DNA from: an uncultured Anaerolineaceae bacterium
GTDB lineage: Bacteria > Chloroflexota > Anaerolineae > Aggregatilineales > Aggregatilineaceae
Assembly: GCA_964526095.1 (NCBI GenBank)
Contig: CAZGLU010000001.1
Span: forward strand, 1 to 34,559
Direction: 5' to 3'
Length of the DNA stretch: 34,559 bases
The translations under genes were made by a program, and so were the position numbers. Of the stretch, positions 1 to 9,386 are shown piece after piece. The stretch's first letter is position 1. Each line of letters starts with the position of its first letter. The notes beneath the pieces are model-generated. The model saw only the letters and a program-made list of their open reading frames with translations, did no database searches and was not told the DNA's origin.

Positions 1-55
1 CCGCGACCGTCTCCCGCGCGGATTCCTCGCTCAGCTTGTAGGCGAACCAGTCCTT
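1..55. repeat. 55-bp terminal direct repeat (copy 1); assembler circular overlap
   Basis: ccgcgaccgt...gaaccagtcctt is identical to 34505-34559. Confidence 0.97.
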
Positions 56-250
56 GTCCTGGGGCGTGCTCCAGTCCTGGAGCGCCGTGACGAAGCCCTT
101 CAGCGGCATCTCCTGCGGATTGCCGAAGGCGAAGTTGTTCGAGGCAGGGTCGCGGTTGCGCGCCTCGAAGAACTCAAAGAAGCGGTAGAACGGGGCGAGC
201 GCATTCGTAGCACGGTACAGGCGGTCGGACGTCGCGTGCGGGATAGCCAT
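1..250 (-). CDS. N-terminal part of class I/II (aspartate-type) PLP aminotransferase, continuing across the circular junction into 34504..33555
   Basis: Manual translation from ATG at 250 (GGAG upstream): MAIPHATSDRLY...FAFGNPQEMP...DWFAYKLSEESARETVA, in frame with ATLRAWRG...DILMTNGG at the window end; 250+950=1200 nt. Confidence 0.9.
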   Translation of the reverse strand, partial: MAIPHATSDRLYRATNALAPFYRFFEFFEARNRDPASNNFAFGNPQEMPLKGFVTALQDWSTPQDKDWFAYKLSEESARETVA

Positions 251-352
251 GGCCTGCTCCTTTTTGCTCGCGGGCAAATTCGGTTTATGGTTTTGTGAGC
301 TTCTAGATTACTGAACGGCCATGATTCCCGCAAAAGGTCGTCCCGGCGCGCG

Positions 353-1390
353 CTACGGGGCCGAGTTAGCTTGGGACGCCTCGCCCGCGCCGCCCTGAGC
401 CTGCCACGCGATATGGTCCGCCGTCACCGCCTCCGCGTCGATGCGGCGCGCGCGCTGCTCGTTGCGGATCCGGTTCTGGCGGAGGCGCCGGGCACGGTAG
501 CGCTCCGGCCCGCCGAGCAGGTGGTCCAGCCGGGGCACGCCGCCGCGCGCCACGATCTCCGCCTGTCGCCGCAGATGCCAGCGCAGCCGGTCCGGCTCGG
601 CCTGCCACTGGACCAGCACCATTTCCAGCTTCAGCGCGAAGTCAGACAGTACGCCGCTCGTCCGCGCCTCGTCGCGCAGCATCGCACGCAGGGCGTCCCG
701 GTCCGGGTGCAGGGCCAGCAACGGGTCGCGGTAAATGTCGAGGATGTTCGGCAGCGGCGGCTCGTCGGCGCGGGAGGCGGACGACGCCCGGCGCGCCCGG
801 TAGCGGGCCTCGAGCGCCAATACCTTCTGCGCCCATGCCGCGTGGGGCCGGTGGTACTCGATCTCGATGCGCAGCGCACGCTGCATCTCCGGGCGGAACA
901 GCAGGCGCGGGTTTTGCTTCAGCGCGCGGATCAGCCGCGTTTGCTCGGCCACGTCGATGCGCGGCGCGGGCAGCGCCAGCCGGGTCGGGATCGTGATCGG
1001 GGGCAGGGGGGCGCGCGGCGGCACCGGGTCCGGCGTGACACGCGACTTCGGCGCCGCTTCGACCGGCGGACGCGGCGCGCGGCCCAACTGGCGCAGGCGC
1101 GTCCCCGGCTCATAGGCGGTGCTGGGGTAGGGCCAGGGCGTGCCGGTCAACTCCTCCCAGCGCGGCCCGGCTACGCTGGCGCTCTTGTACGTGGTGAACG
1201 TGCGGCCATAAGGCCCAAAGATGTTATAGCGGCTGCCTTTGCGCCGGATCGTATAACGCGGCGGCCCCTCAGGGGAGGCGTCGTGTGGGGGCTGGCGGGT
1301 CGGTTCGGCGGTTTTGGTTTCGTGCTCGGTGCTATCGGACGGGAGGGGGTGACGGACTTCACGCAGATCGGGCAGTTGCGATTCAGGCAC
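353..1390 (-). CDS. hypothetical protein (aromatic-rich N-terminal domain, Pro-rich linker, helical Arg-rich C-terminus)
   Basis: 345-aa ORF filling the gap between aminotransferase and RRM gene; no family recognised; GTG start uncertain. Confidence 0.6.
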   Translation of the reverse strand: MPESQLPDLREVRHPLPSDSTEHETKTAEPTRQPPHDASPEGPPRYTIRRKGSRYNIFGPYGRTFTTYKSASVAGPRWEELTGTPWPYPSTAYEPGTRLRQLGRAPRPPVEAAPKSRVTPDPVPPRAPLPPITIPTRLALPAPRIDVAEQTRLIRALKQNPRLLFRPEMQRALRIEIEYHRPHAAWAQKVLALEARYRARRASSASRADEPPLPNILDIYRDPLLALHPDRDALRAMLRDEARTSGVLSDFALKLEMVLVQWQAEPDRLRWHLRRQAEIVARGGVPRLDHLLGGPERYRARRLRQNRIRNEQRARRIDAEAVTADHIAWQAQGGAGEASQANSAP

Positions 1391-1653
1391 GAAAGCATCT
1401 CCTGGCTTACACTGCGTTGGTCACCCTCCATTGTAGCCGAAAGCGCCCGGATTCAGGGTTAGGATTCGATGGAAGTTGTATTGAAGTTGTCTGAGGCAGG
1501 CGTTAAGCTGGGATGCAGGCGCGGCTTGCCGTAGTAAGGTAGCGCGCAGCCGAAAATTCGATTATGCTGAGGGCATGTGCCATCGGCACTGCCAGAGACA
1601 CGCCAGCAGCACCCGGGCACGCAGGCCGTCGTAGTCGAACGTGAGAGTGGGTT

Positions 1654-2571
1654 ATGGAATATAAGTTGTATGCCGCGAACCTGGCAGAATCAGTGACCCA
1701 TGAACAGCTAAGGGAACTCCTGTCTACGGCCGGTACTGTGATCGATGTGCAGGCCGCGATCCACCCCAAATCACAGAAACCGACCGGCGGCGCGATGATC
1801 ACGCTCGAGACGGACACCCCCCTGGAGGACGTCTTGAGCCAGTTCAACGGCCTGGAGATCGATGGGAAACGCCTCGCGCTGTCCCCCGCCGTGCCGTCCT
1901 TCCCGCTGCCCCGGATCACGCCCGAGCAGGAGGCGCTGGCCAAGGAGATCGCAGAGAAGCTCGAAGAGAAGGAAAGCGCGCCGTGCCGCCAGATCCTGCG
2001 GGTGGTGCGGATCTGCGGGATGGGCTTCGCACGCACGATCCTGGAGGAAGCGTTGAAGCTCGAGGAAGCGGGCGGCCTGATGGTCCTCGACGGCAGCCGC
2101 CGGCGTACTAAGGGCGGCGTGTTCTTCTACGTCGGGCGCGGGCGCATGACCTACGAGGTGCAGGGCGCTATCTTCCCGCGCGGCAAGCGGCGTCGGCTGG
2201 AGCAAAGGGCCATGGAGCAGGCCGAGGAGCGCGAGCTGAGGAAGGCCCGGGGCGAGAAAAAGGGCAAGGGGAAGGGGCCTCAGCAGAAGAAAAACGGGCG
2301 CGCCAAGGCCAAGCCGCCGCGGCAGGCCCCCGCCGCGAGCACCGAGCCGGGCGGCGAGGAGGTCACCGCCGCGCCGCCGGTGGACCTGGACGCGCTGCGC
2401 TCCCGACTCGACGCGCTGCGCCAGGCGCACCGCCAGGCCCAGGAAGACCTGACCGCGCTCCAGGCCAACAAGGGCGCCAAGTCGGTGGGCACGTTCAGCG
2501 CCATCAAGCAGGTGTTCGAGCTGCAGCGCCAGATCGACGAACTGTTGAAATCGTACCCTCAATTGAAATAG
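1654..2571 (+). CDS. RRM + PHAX-type RNA-binding domain protein with basic linker and C-terminal coiled coil
   Basis: KLYAANL...VTHEQLRELLSTAGTV...FNGLEIDGKRL (RRM-like); IAEKLEE...ILRVVRICG...LEEAGGLMVLDGSRRRTKGGVFF (PHAX RNA-binding signature RRRTxGGVF). Confidence 0.8.
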   Translation: MEYKLYAANLAESVTHEQLRELLSTAGTVIDVQAAIHPKSQKPTGGAMITLETDTPLEDVLSQFNGLEIDGKRLALSPAVPSFPLPRITPEQEALAKEIAEKLEEKESAPCRQILRVVRICGMGFARTILEEALKLEEAGGLMVLDGSRRRTKGGVFFYVGRGRMTYEVQGAIFPRGKRRRLEQRAMEQAEERELRKARGEKKGKGKGPQQKKNGRAKAKPPRQAPAASTEPGGEEVTAAPPVDLDALRSRLDALRQAHRQAQEDLTALQANKGAKSVGTFSAIKQVFELQRQIDELLKSYPQLK

Positions 2572-2638
2572 GCCAAGCGAGCAGCGCAACCGTCCCCCCG
2601 TCAGCGGAACACATCGTAGAGTAAGCGAGGGATGGACC

Positions 2639-3646
2639 ATGAGCACACCCAACCGGCGGCAGTTCCTCAAGCTTGCGGCCGGGGCTGCCAGCACCCTTCT
2701 GGCCGGAGGGCAGATGGCGCCCCAGGCGGCAGCCGCCCCGCAGCGTAAGGCTCAGATCGCTTTCGTCAAAACGCAGGACCGCGCCGAGGGGGTGACCCGC
2801 GCCCTCGACCTGCTGGCCTATGACGGCGCGCGCGGCAAGCGCCTTTTCGTCAAGCCCAACTTCAACAGCGCCCACGCCGCCCCCGGCTCGACCCACAACG
2901 ACACGCTCAGCACGTTGATCCGGCGCCTGCAAGCGGGCGGGGCCGAGCGGATCACCGTCGGGGACCGCAGCGGCATGGGCGTCACGCGGCAGGTGATGGA
3001 GCAAAAGGGCATCTTCCGCATGGGCCAGGAGCTGGGCTTCGGCACGATCGTCTTTGACGAGCTGGCTCCCGACGACTGGCTGCCGCAGACCGGCGCGCAC
3101 TGGTCGCGCGGGTTCCTGATGCCGCGCCCGGTGCTGGACGCGGACGGCGTGATCCAGTTGTGCTGCCTGAAGACGCACCGGTACGGCGGGCACTTCACGC
3201 TCTCGCTCAAGAACTCCGTCGGGCTGGTCGCCAAGTACGACCCGTACAACGGCTACAACTACATGGACGAGCTGCACTATCACGGCGCGCAGCGCGAGAA
3301 GATCGCGGAGATCAACGCGGCCTACACGCCCGACCTCGTCGTGATCGACGGCGTGCAGGCCTTCGTACGCGGCGGCCCGGACGTCGGAGCGACGGTCAAC
3401 AGCGAGGTCGTGCTCGCCGGGACCGACCGCGTGGCGCTGGACGCAGTGGGCGTGGCGATCCTGCGCTACTTCGGCACCACGCCGGAGGTGTGGCAGGGGC
3501 GCATCTTCGAGCAGGCGCAGATCGCCCGCGCGGTCGAACTGGGCCTGGGCGTCAACGGGCCGGACCAGATCGAGCTGCTCACCGACGACCCGGACAGCGC
3601 CGCCTACGCCGCCGCCATCCAGGACATCCTGGCCGCCTACGGCTGA
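2639..3646 (+). CDS. Tat-exported DUF362 family protein
   Basis: NRRQFLK twin-arginine signal; VKPN, LKTH, TLSLKNSVG, DRVALDA motifs. Confidence 0.85.
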   Translation: MSTPNRRQFLKLAAGAASTLLAGGQMAPQAAAAPQRKAQIAFVKTQDRAEGVTRALDLLAYDGARGKRLFVKPNFNSAHAAPGSTHNDTLSTLIRRLQAGGAERITVGDRSGMGVTRQVMEQKGIFRMGQELGFGTIVFDELAPDDWLPQTGAHWSRGFLMPRPVLDADGVIQLCCLKTHRYGGHFTLSLKNSVGLVAKYDPYNGYNYMDELHYHGAQREKIAEINAAYTPDLVVIDGVQAFVRGGPDVGATVNSEVVLAGTDRVALDAVGVAILRYFGTTPEVWQGRIFEQAQIARAVELGLGVNGPDQIELLTDDPDSAAYAAAIQDILAAYG

Positions 3647-3662
3647 CCCGGCGGCGCGGCGG

Positions 3663-4106
3663 TCACCCCTCCGCCGCCGCCCCGCCCCGGCTGCAAACGA
3701 CGCGGAACACCAGGGCGAACACACCCCCATGAACCGCCGTGATCCAGGCCGCGCGCCACAGACTCGCGCCGAGCGAACCCGCCCGCACGAAGAACAGGGC
3801 GCTGCTGGCCGCGCCGAGCGCCGCCGCCACGATGTACACGCAGGGCAGGGTGGGGGTTGCCGGGAACTTGATCAGGCGGCCCAGCACCGCCGGGGTCAGC
3901 ACCACGCCGAGCAGCGTGGCACCCAGCAGGCGCGGCCAGTAGGTAAACAGGGTGGTCCAGCCATCCACGGTCAGCAGCGCCGCCGCCAGGTCCCTGGCGT
4001 GGACGACGACGAGCGCGGCGCTGAGCAGTGCGGCGAGGGCTGAGACGATGGGCGCGAGACAGTGGATGCTCTGGCCCGCCGGTTCCTCGTATGCCCGGAA
4101 CATCAT
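3663..4106 (-). CDS. hypothetical membrane protein (~4 TM)
   Basis: four hydrophobic segments; GGAG upstream. Confidence 0.6.
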   Translation of the reverse strand: MMFRAYEEPAGQSIHCLAPIVSALAALLSAALVVVHARDLAAALLTVDGWTTLFTYWPRLLGATLLGVVLTPAVLGRLIKFPATPTLPCVYIVAAALGAASSALFFVRAGSLGASLWRAAWITAVHGGVFALVFRVVCSRGGAAAEG

Positions 4107-4408
4107 CGCGCTCCCCCGTATGACTCACCTTAACCCCAGTCTACACTAACTTTTGGGCGTAGGGCGTGCGTGGGGTGCGCGCGCAGCATCCGACCGCCGC
4201 GCGCGCAGCTTCGTACCAGGAAAGCTCATATAACTGATAACGTCGTAAGGCGTGCGAATGAAGGGGGTCCGCCGAAAGTCCATCGCGGCATCCGTCGAAA
4301 GACGGGTGTCTCCAAATCGTTTTGGGCCTAGGCTGAAAGACGGGACAAAAATCGCACACCCGCATAGCAACACGTTCGTCCCTGTTCGTGCGATTGGAGC
4401 AACACACC

Positions 4409-5464
4409 ATGACGCGCCGCATCACCAAGATCATCCTCATCACCGTTCTCGCGCTCGGCAGCCTGCTGCCGGTCGCCTCGTCGCTCCGCCCTGCCTCGGC
4501 GCAGGCCGCCACTGCGGCCGCGTGGCGGGCCGAGTACTACGGCAACATCTACCTGTCCGGCCCGGCTGTGACCCGGACCGAAAGCAGCCTGTCGTTGAAC
4601 TGGGGGGCAGGCGCCCCCGCGCCGGGCGTCCCGGCGGACTACTTCAGCGCGCGCTACGGCACCGATGTCTACCTGGCGTCGGGCACCTACCGCTTCACCG
4701 TGCAGGCCGACGACGAAGTGAGCGTGAAGATCGGCTACAACCAGTGGGAGCCGCCGATCATCAACACCATCGACGACCCGAAGCCGGGCCAGACGCTCAC
4801 CGCGGACGTGACGCTCAACGCGGGCACGCATCACATCCAGGTCGATTTTCGGGAGCGCACCGGCTACGCCTACCTGTACGTGAGCTGGGCACCCATCAGC
4901 GGCGGGCCGCAGCCCGGCCCGATCTACGACACGCAGCCGATCGCGACCGTCACGACCGGCGCGCTGAACGTGCGCGCAGTGCCAGACCCGGTTAACGGCG
5001 CCATCCTGACGCGCATCTATCGCGGCCAGACGTACGCGGTTGTGGGGCGTTCCGGCCTCAGCACGTGGTGGCAGTTGGACGTCAACGGCACGATCGGCTG
5101 GGTAAACGGCAACTACGTGCGCGTCCAGAACGGGCAGAACGCGCCGGTGCGGTGGCACGGGCACACGGGCGACGTCTACCCGCCCGCGCCCCAGCTTCCG
5201 GTCGTGCAGTGCCCCGGCTTCGCGCTCTCGCGGCTGACGCCCGGCGGGTGGGGCCGCGTGACCCCCGGCCTGCCCAACAACCTGCGCGCGCAGGCTTCCG
5301 CCAACAGCGCGTGGGTGGGCAGCATCCCCGGCGGGGCAGGGTTCTACGTCATCACCGGCCCGGTGTGCGGCTATAACACCGCCTGGTGGCAGGTGAACTA
5401 CAACGGCATCGTCGGCTGGACGATGGAGGGCTTCGGCTCAACCTATTGGCTGCAACCCTGGTAA
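4409..5464 (+). CDS. secreted PA14 + bacterial SH3 domain protein
   Basis: signal peptide; WRAEYYGN...NWGAGAP...DYFSARY...ADD (PA14); LNVRAVP...GWVNGNYV and NNLRAQ...GPVCG..WWQVNYNG..GW (SH3b); start moved to ATG 4409. Confidence 0.85.
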   Translation: MTRRITKIILITVLALGSLLPVASSLRPASAQAATAAAWRAEYYGNIYLSGPAVTRTESSLSLNWGAGAPAPGVPADYFSARYGTDVYLASGTYRFTVQADDEVSVKIGYNQWEPPIINTIDDPKPGQTLTADVTLNAGTHHIQVDFRERTGYAYLYVSWAPISGGPQPGPIYDTQPIATVTTGALNVRAVPDPVNGAILTRIYRGQTYAVVGRSGLSTWWQLDVNGTIGWVNGNYVRVQNGQNAPVRWHGHTGDVYPPAPQLPVVQCPGFALSRLTPGGWGRVTPGLPNNLRAQASANSAWVGSIPGGAGFYVITGPVCGYNTAWWQVNYNGIVGWTMEGFGSTYWLQPW

Positions 5465-5732
5465 CCCCCTGAAGGGCAACCCGGCCTGAAAACCATCAGG
5501 CAAACCACCGGGCGAGGGCATAGGACCCCCGCTCGGTTTTCTGTGCCTGTATCATGTTCGGCTGGCCGCCTGGCCTACTGCGACCGGCCAGTTGGCAGGG
5601 CGAAAATCCCGCCAGTCTGCCCCCCAAAAAGTGCGCTGCCCGGTCCATTTCAGGCCCGGCCCCTTTGGCGTATTGTTAAGTGGAACGCCCGTGAACCGCG
5701 TGCAGAACCCGACGACCTCGAAAGGGAGTTAA

Positions 5733-6374
5733 ATGGCTCGAAGACGGCGCCGCGCACGACGCACCCCGCTTTTCGGGATCAACCCGGCTGCGCTGCTGCT
5801 GCTTGCCATCCTGTTGATCCTCATCATCTTTTTTGTACGGGACGGCGACGGGATCCACCTGAATCTGGGGAGCCTGGGGGACTCGAACGCCGCCGCCTCA
5901 TCCTCATACGCGGCGCGCAGCGGGCTGCATCTGACCCACCCGGCCGGGTGGGTGGTGAGCGAAACAGAGGGGATCGTGACGGTGGCGAACAATTTTCACG
6001 CGCTGGAGAGCGCCGAGCTTGACCCGGGCGACGTGTCGATCACCATCCTGCCGCCTTATCCGCCCGTGCTGCTCCAGGAATCCAACACGACCATGCAGGA
6101 GGCGCTGGTGAACCGTGCCCAGGCCCGTTACGCCCCGGACGCCGTGGGCGCCCCGGTCGAAGATTCGATCGGCGGGCGGCCCGCGACGCGCGTGCCTTTG
6201 ACCGCGCAGGCTGCGGAGGGCTTCGGCGTGGCAATCGAGCTGCCGGATGGTCACGTGGTGCTGGCCTTCGTGGACAGCGCGCCGGGCACGCTCGCCACGC
6301 AGGAGGGCACGGTCCGCGAGATCCTCAGCAGTCTGCGGTACGAGATCCCGGAGCCGACGTCGCCGCCGGCTTAA
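5733..6374 (+). CDS. hypothetical membrane-anchored protein (possible PsbP-like extracellular fold)
   Basis: basic N-terminus, one TM, LTHPAGW...ILSSLRY pattern; GGGAG RBS. Confidence 0.65.
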   Translation: MARRRRRARRTPLFGINPAALLLLAILLILIIFFVRDGDGIHLNLGSLGDSNAAASSSYAARSGLHLTHPAGWVVSETEGIVTVANNFHALESAELDPGDVSITILPPYPPVLLQESNTTMQEALVNRAQARYAPDAVGAPVEDSIGGRPATRVPLTAQAAEGFGVAIELPDGHVVLAFVDSAPGTLATQEGTVREILSSLRYEIPEPTSPPA

Positions 6375-6378
6375 CCCC

Positions 6379-6909
6379 TCACGGCGTCTCGATCATCTCG
6401 AACGACAGCTCGTAAGGCTCGCTGACGTTGGACGTCTCCCAGATGATGGTGCATTGGCCGCTGGGCAGCAGCGCCTGGGCGCCGTTCGCCGCCTCACCAC
6501 GCGTGACGTTGAGCAACACAAGGCTGTTCGTCGGCTCGATATCCGCACACTTGCCCTGAATGATGTAGCCGCGCAGGATGAAATAGCCCTCGGTCGTGAC
6601 CGTCACCCGGTAGAACCCCTGTGGGAAGCGCATCGGGTCGTAGACCCGCGGGCCTACATCGGAGAACGACCAGCCCCGGCACAGCGAATGTACGGCGGCG
6701 AACTGCAGCCGCAGGCGGTCGAAGGTATCCAGCACGGCATCGGGTTGGGTCACGTTCACGGCTTGCAGCGCGGTGATCGCATCCTCCACCTGTGCCGCCA
6801 GGTATTCCGGCGGACATTCATCACCCTGCGCATGTACGGCCCCGACATGCCCCGCCAAGAGGCCGGGCACCAGCATGAGCAGCCCCCAGGCTACCAGTAA
6901 CGGCTTCAT
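6379..6909 (-). CDS. hypothetical secreted Cys-containing protein
   Basis: MKPLLVAWGLL...AVHAQ signal peptide; start moved to ATG 6909. Confidence 0.6.
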   Translation of the reverse strand: MKPLLVAWGLLMLVPGLLAGHVGAVHAQGDECPPEYLAAQVEDAITALQAVNVTQPDAVLDTFDRLRLQFAAVHSLCRGWSFSDVGPRVYDPMRFPQGFYRVTVTTEGYFILRGYIIQGKCADIEPTNSLVLLNVTRGEAANGAQALLPSGQCTIIWETSNVSEPYELSFEMIETP

Positions 6910-7356
6910 ACGTCCCCACGCCTTTCTGTGATGCGGCAGTGCCATCCCCAGACGCCGGTCACGGGTGGGGAGCACTGCCCTCCGTCGCACATACACACGC
7001 CGGATCACGCGATACCTTAAGCTTAATATGAGCTTACCACATACGCACGCTAGTCACGATAGAGGTGTGGGGCCGTGCAGGGGGCATCTGAACTGGTAAG
7101 CGTGCCGTTGTATGCCGCGCGTAGACTCGTGACGTGGCGTGACGGGGTCGAGCCGTTGCGCCCGGCGGGGAGGGGCAGTTGTTCTGAAGGGACTCAAAAG
7201 AGCACGGACCAGTGCCGTTGCACCGGTGCCGTGCTCTTCCACCCCGGAGTGAATCCCGTCCCAAGAAGTGCCCCTAGGGTATCATATGTTGCACGGAATG
7301 GGCCGCGAGGCGGACACCAGAAGTGCAATTATTGCAATTGCTGTATTGGAGTTGAG

Positions 7357-9204
7357 ATGGATCCTAAGGAATTGAGCGACGCCTACACGCGGCAACTGCG
7401 CGAGTGGGTCGAACGCTCTGAGCACACGCAGAAGCAGCTTGTCGCATTGTCCGCAGGGGTGCCGCTCGATGATGTGTTGGACGAGACCAAGCTGAGCCGC
7501 CTGATCCAGGAGCCTCCGGCCAACGTGCGCCGACGGCGGCCGTTGCTCAAGCTGCTAGCCGTGCTGTACAGCCTGGGGATCATCTCCTGCGAGGAGGCTG
7601 AGGCGTTTTGGCACGCGTACAGCATCGGCCCGCTGCCCGACGGCCTGACCTGGGAAGCGGTGTGTGAGCTGTTCGAGCAGGCGCAGCCGGCGAGCCGCGC
7701 GGGGGCCGAACGGGAGGCGGAGCCAATCGCGCCCGCGCCGGAGCCATCCCGGCGCCGGTTCCCCGCCGGGGCGCTGGTCAGCCTTGTGACCGCGGCGGGG
7801 GTGATCGCGGCGATCCTGTTTGGCCGCGCCCTGATCCTGCGGGATAGGGCAGGGGGGGCGACAGCGTCCGACCCGTCCGGGGCCTGTATTGGGCCGGTCC
7901 CGCGCGTCGAGCCTGAGTTCCTGTACGACCAGGGCGTGAGCCTCTACGGCCCCGGCACCGATGCCCCCCACGCCGGTGCCCTGTCGGGCCAGGTGCGCAC
8001 CCTGGCTATCGATCAAACCGGGGTGTGGCTGGGGTACGCGCCGGGCGCTGACGGCCTGGACGGGGTCAGCCATTACATCCGGGGACAGAAGGGGTGGATG
8101 CACTGCCTGGGCCTCGCGCTGTCGGAGGGGCAGGTGGTGAACGACTTCGCCTTCGGGCCGGACGACACGGTTTACGTTGCGACGGACGGGGCCGGGATCG
8201 CCCGGCTCAGGGACGGCGAATGGATGGTTTACACGACCGATCACGGCCTGCCGAGCAACGTGGTTTACGATCTCGCCTGGGACGATTCCGGCGTGCTATG
8301 GGCCGGTACGCTGGAAGGGGTCGCGGAGCTGATCGGCGAGCACTGGGAGGTGGTGTACCGGGCCGCCGTAGGCAAGCTGGCCGGTAACCAGGTCCACAGC
8401 TTGCTGCTCGACGACAGCCACGGGGCCCGCTGGTTCGGGTTGGCGTTTGGCGGCCTCAGCCGCCTGACGAGCGACGGGCAGTGGTCCACCTATCTGGACG
8501 ACGATGGGGGCCTGGGCAACATCCGTGCCCTCGTCGAGGACGAGGCGGGCGGCGTCTGGGTGGCAACCGATGGCGGCGGCGTGGCCTACTTCCACGATGA
8601 CACATGGGAGGTCTTCACGGCGGCGAACTCCGACCTGCCCAGCGACCGGGTGCAGGATGTCGCGTTGGACCACTTTGGCCGCATCTGGGCCGCGACGGAT
8701 CAGGGCGTGGCCCTGACGGCGGATCGTGGCGCGAGCTGGCAGCTTCACTCGCGCCTGGACGTTTTGGATATCGCCTTCGGGTGCCCCGGCTGCGACTACG
8801 ACGAGGACGACGTTTGGCTGGCGGTGCGCGGGCGCGGGGTCGCCCATTCCGGCCTGCCCCCGGCGGCGCCGCTCGTACGGGTCGAGGCCCCGCTGCCCCA
8901 GCAGCTTAAGCCGGGTGAAAAATACGTGTTCGAGGTGACGGTTGAGGTCCTGTCCGATCGGCTGGACGAGGGCGACGGCCTGTTCAGCACCACGCCGGAG
9001 GCCGCCACCACCTACGGGGCCTGGCCGCGCATCCCCGTGGTGGGACACGTGGCGCGCGGGCAGAGCTACACCTTCTCCAATATCGCGAACCCCATCGTGG
9101 CGCCGGAGGAGCCGGGCACGTATCAGATCGCGTGGCGTCTGTGGCAGAGCAACCGCTATGCGTCTGAGCCGATCGTGATCGAGTTCGAGGTGGTGGACGC
9201 CTAA
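7357..9204 (+). CDS. membrane-spanning protein: N-terminal HTH-like domain, TM, two-component-regulator-type beta-propeller, C-terminal Ig-like domain
   Basis: GLPSNVVYDLAWDDSGVLWAGT, SDLPSDRVQDVALDHFGRIWAAT repeats; APEEPGTYQIAWRL; GGAG before ATG 7357. Confidence 0.75.
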   Translation: MDPKELSDAYTRQLREWVERSEHTQKQLVALSAGVPLDDVLDETKLSRLIQEPPANVRRRRPLLKLLAVLYSLGIISCEEAEAFWHAYSIGPLPDGLTWEAVCELFEQAQPASRAGAEREAEPIAPAPEPSRRRFPAGALVSLVTAAGVIAAILFGRALILRDRAGGATASDPSGACIGPVPRVEPEFLYDQGVSLYGPGTDAPHAGALSGQVRTLAIDQTGVWLGYAPGADGLDGVSHYIRGQKGWMHCLGLALSEGQVVNDFAFGPDDTVYVATDGAGIARLRDGEWMVYTTDHGLPSNVVYDLAWDDSGVLWAGTLEGVAELIGEHWEVVYRAAVGKLAGNQVHSLLLDDSHGARWFGLAFGGLSRLTSDGQWSTYLDDDGGLGNIRALVEDEAGGVWVATDGGGVAYFHDDTWEVFTAANSDLPSDRVQDVALDHFGRIWAATDQGVALTADRGASWQLHSRLDVLDIAFGCPGCDYDEDDVWLAVRGRGVAHSGLPPAAPLVRVEAPLPQQLKPGEKYVFEVTVEVLSDRLDEGDGLFSTTPEAATTYGAWPRIPVVGHVARGQSYTFSNIANPIVAPEEPGTYQIAWRLWQSNRYASEPIVIEFEVVDA

Positions 9205-9386
9205 CGCATCGGTCCTGGCTTTCCGTGCGCCCCGGCTGGCGGGGCTGTCCGGTTGCGTATTCCGAAGGGGTCTGCTACTGTACGAGGTTGGGCGGCTTGA
9301 CAGTTGCTCCCGGCTTGTAATCCCGCTTACCCAAGAGCATCTCTTCCCACCCCGGTCGAGCCGCCTATTATTTTTCCCTTCAGAAG

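Noticed and set aside
1-55. Terminal repeat as attL/attR, LTR or phage terminal repeat
   Set aside because: It lies inside an intact aminotransferase reading frame and has a typical k-mer length; best explained as assembler overlap.
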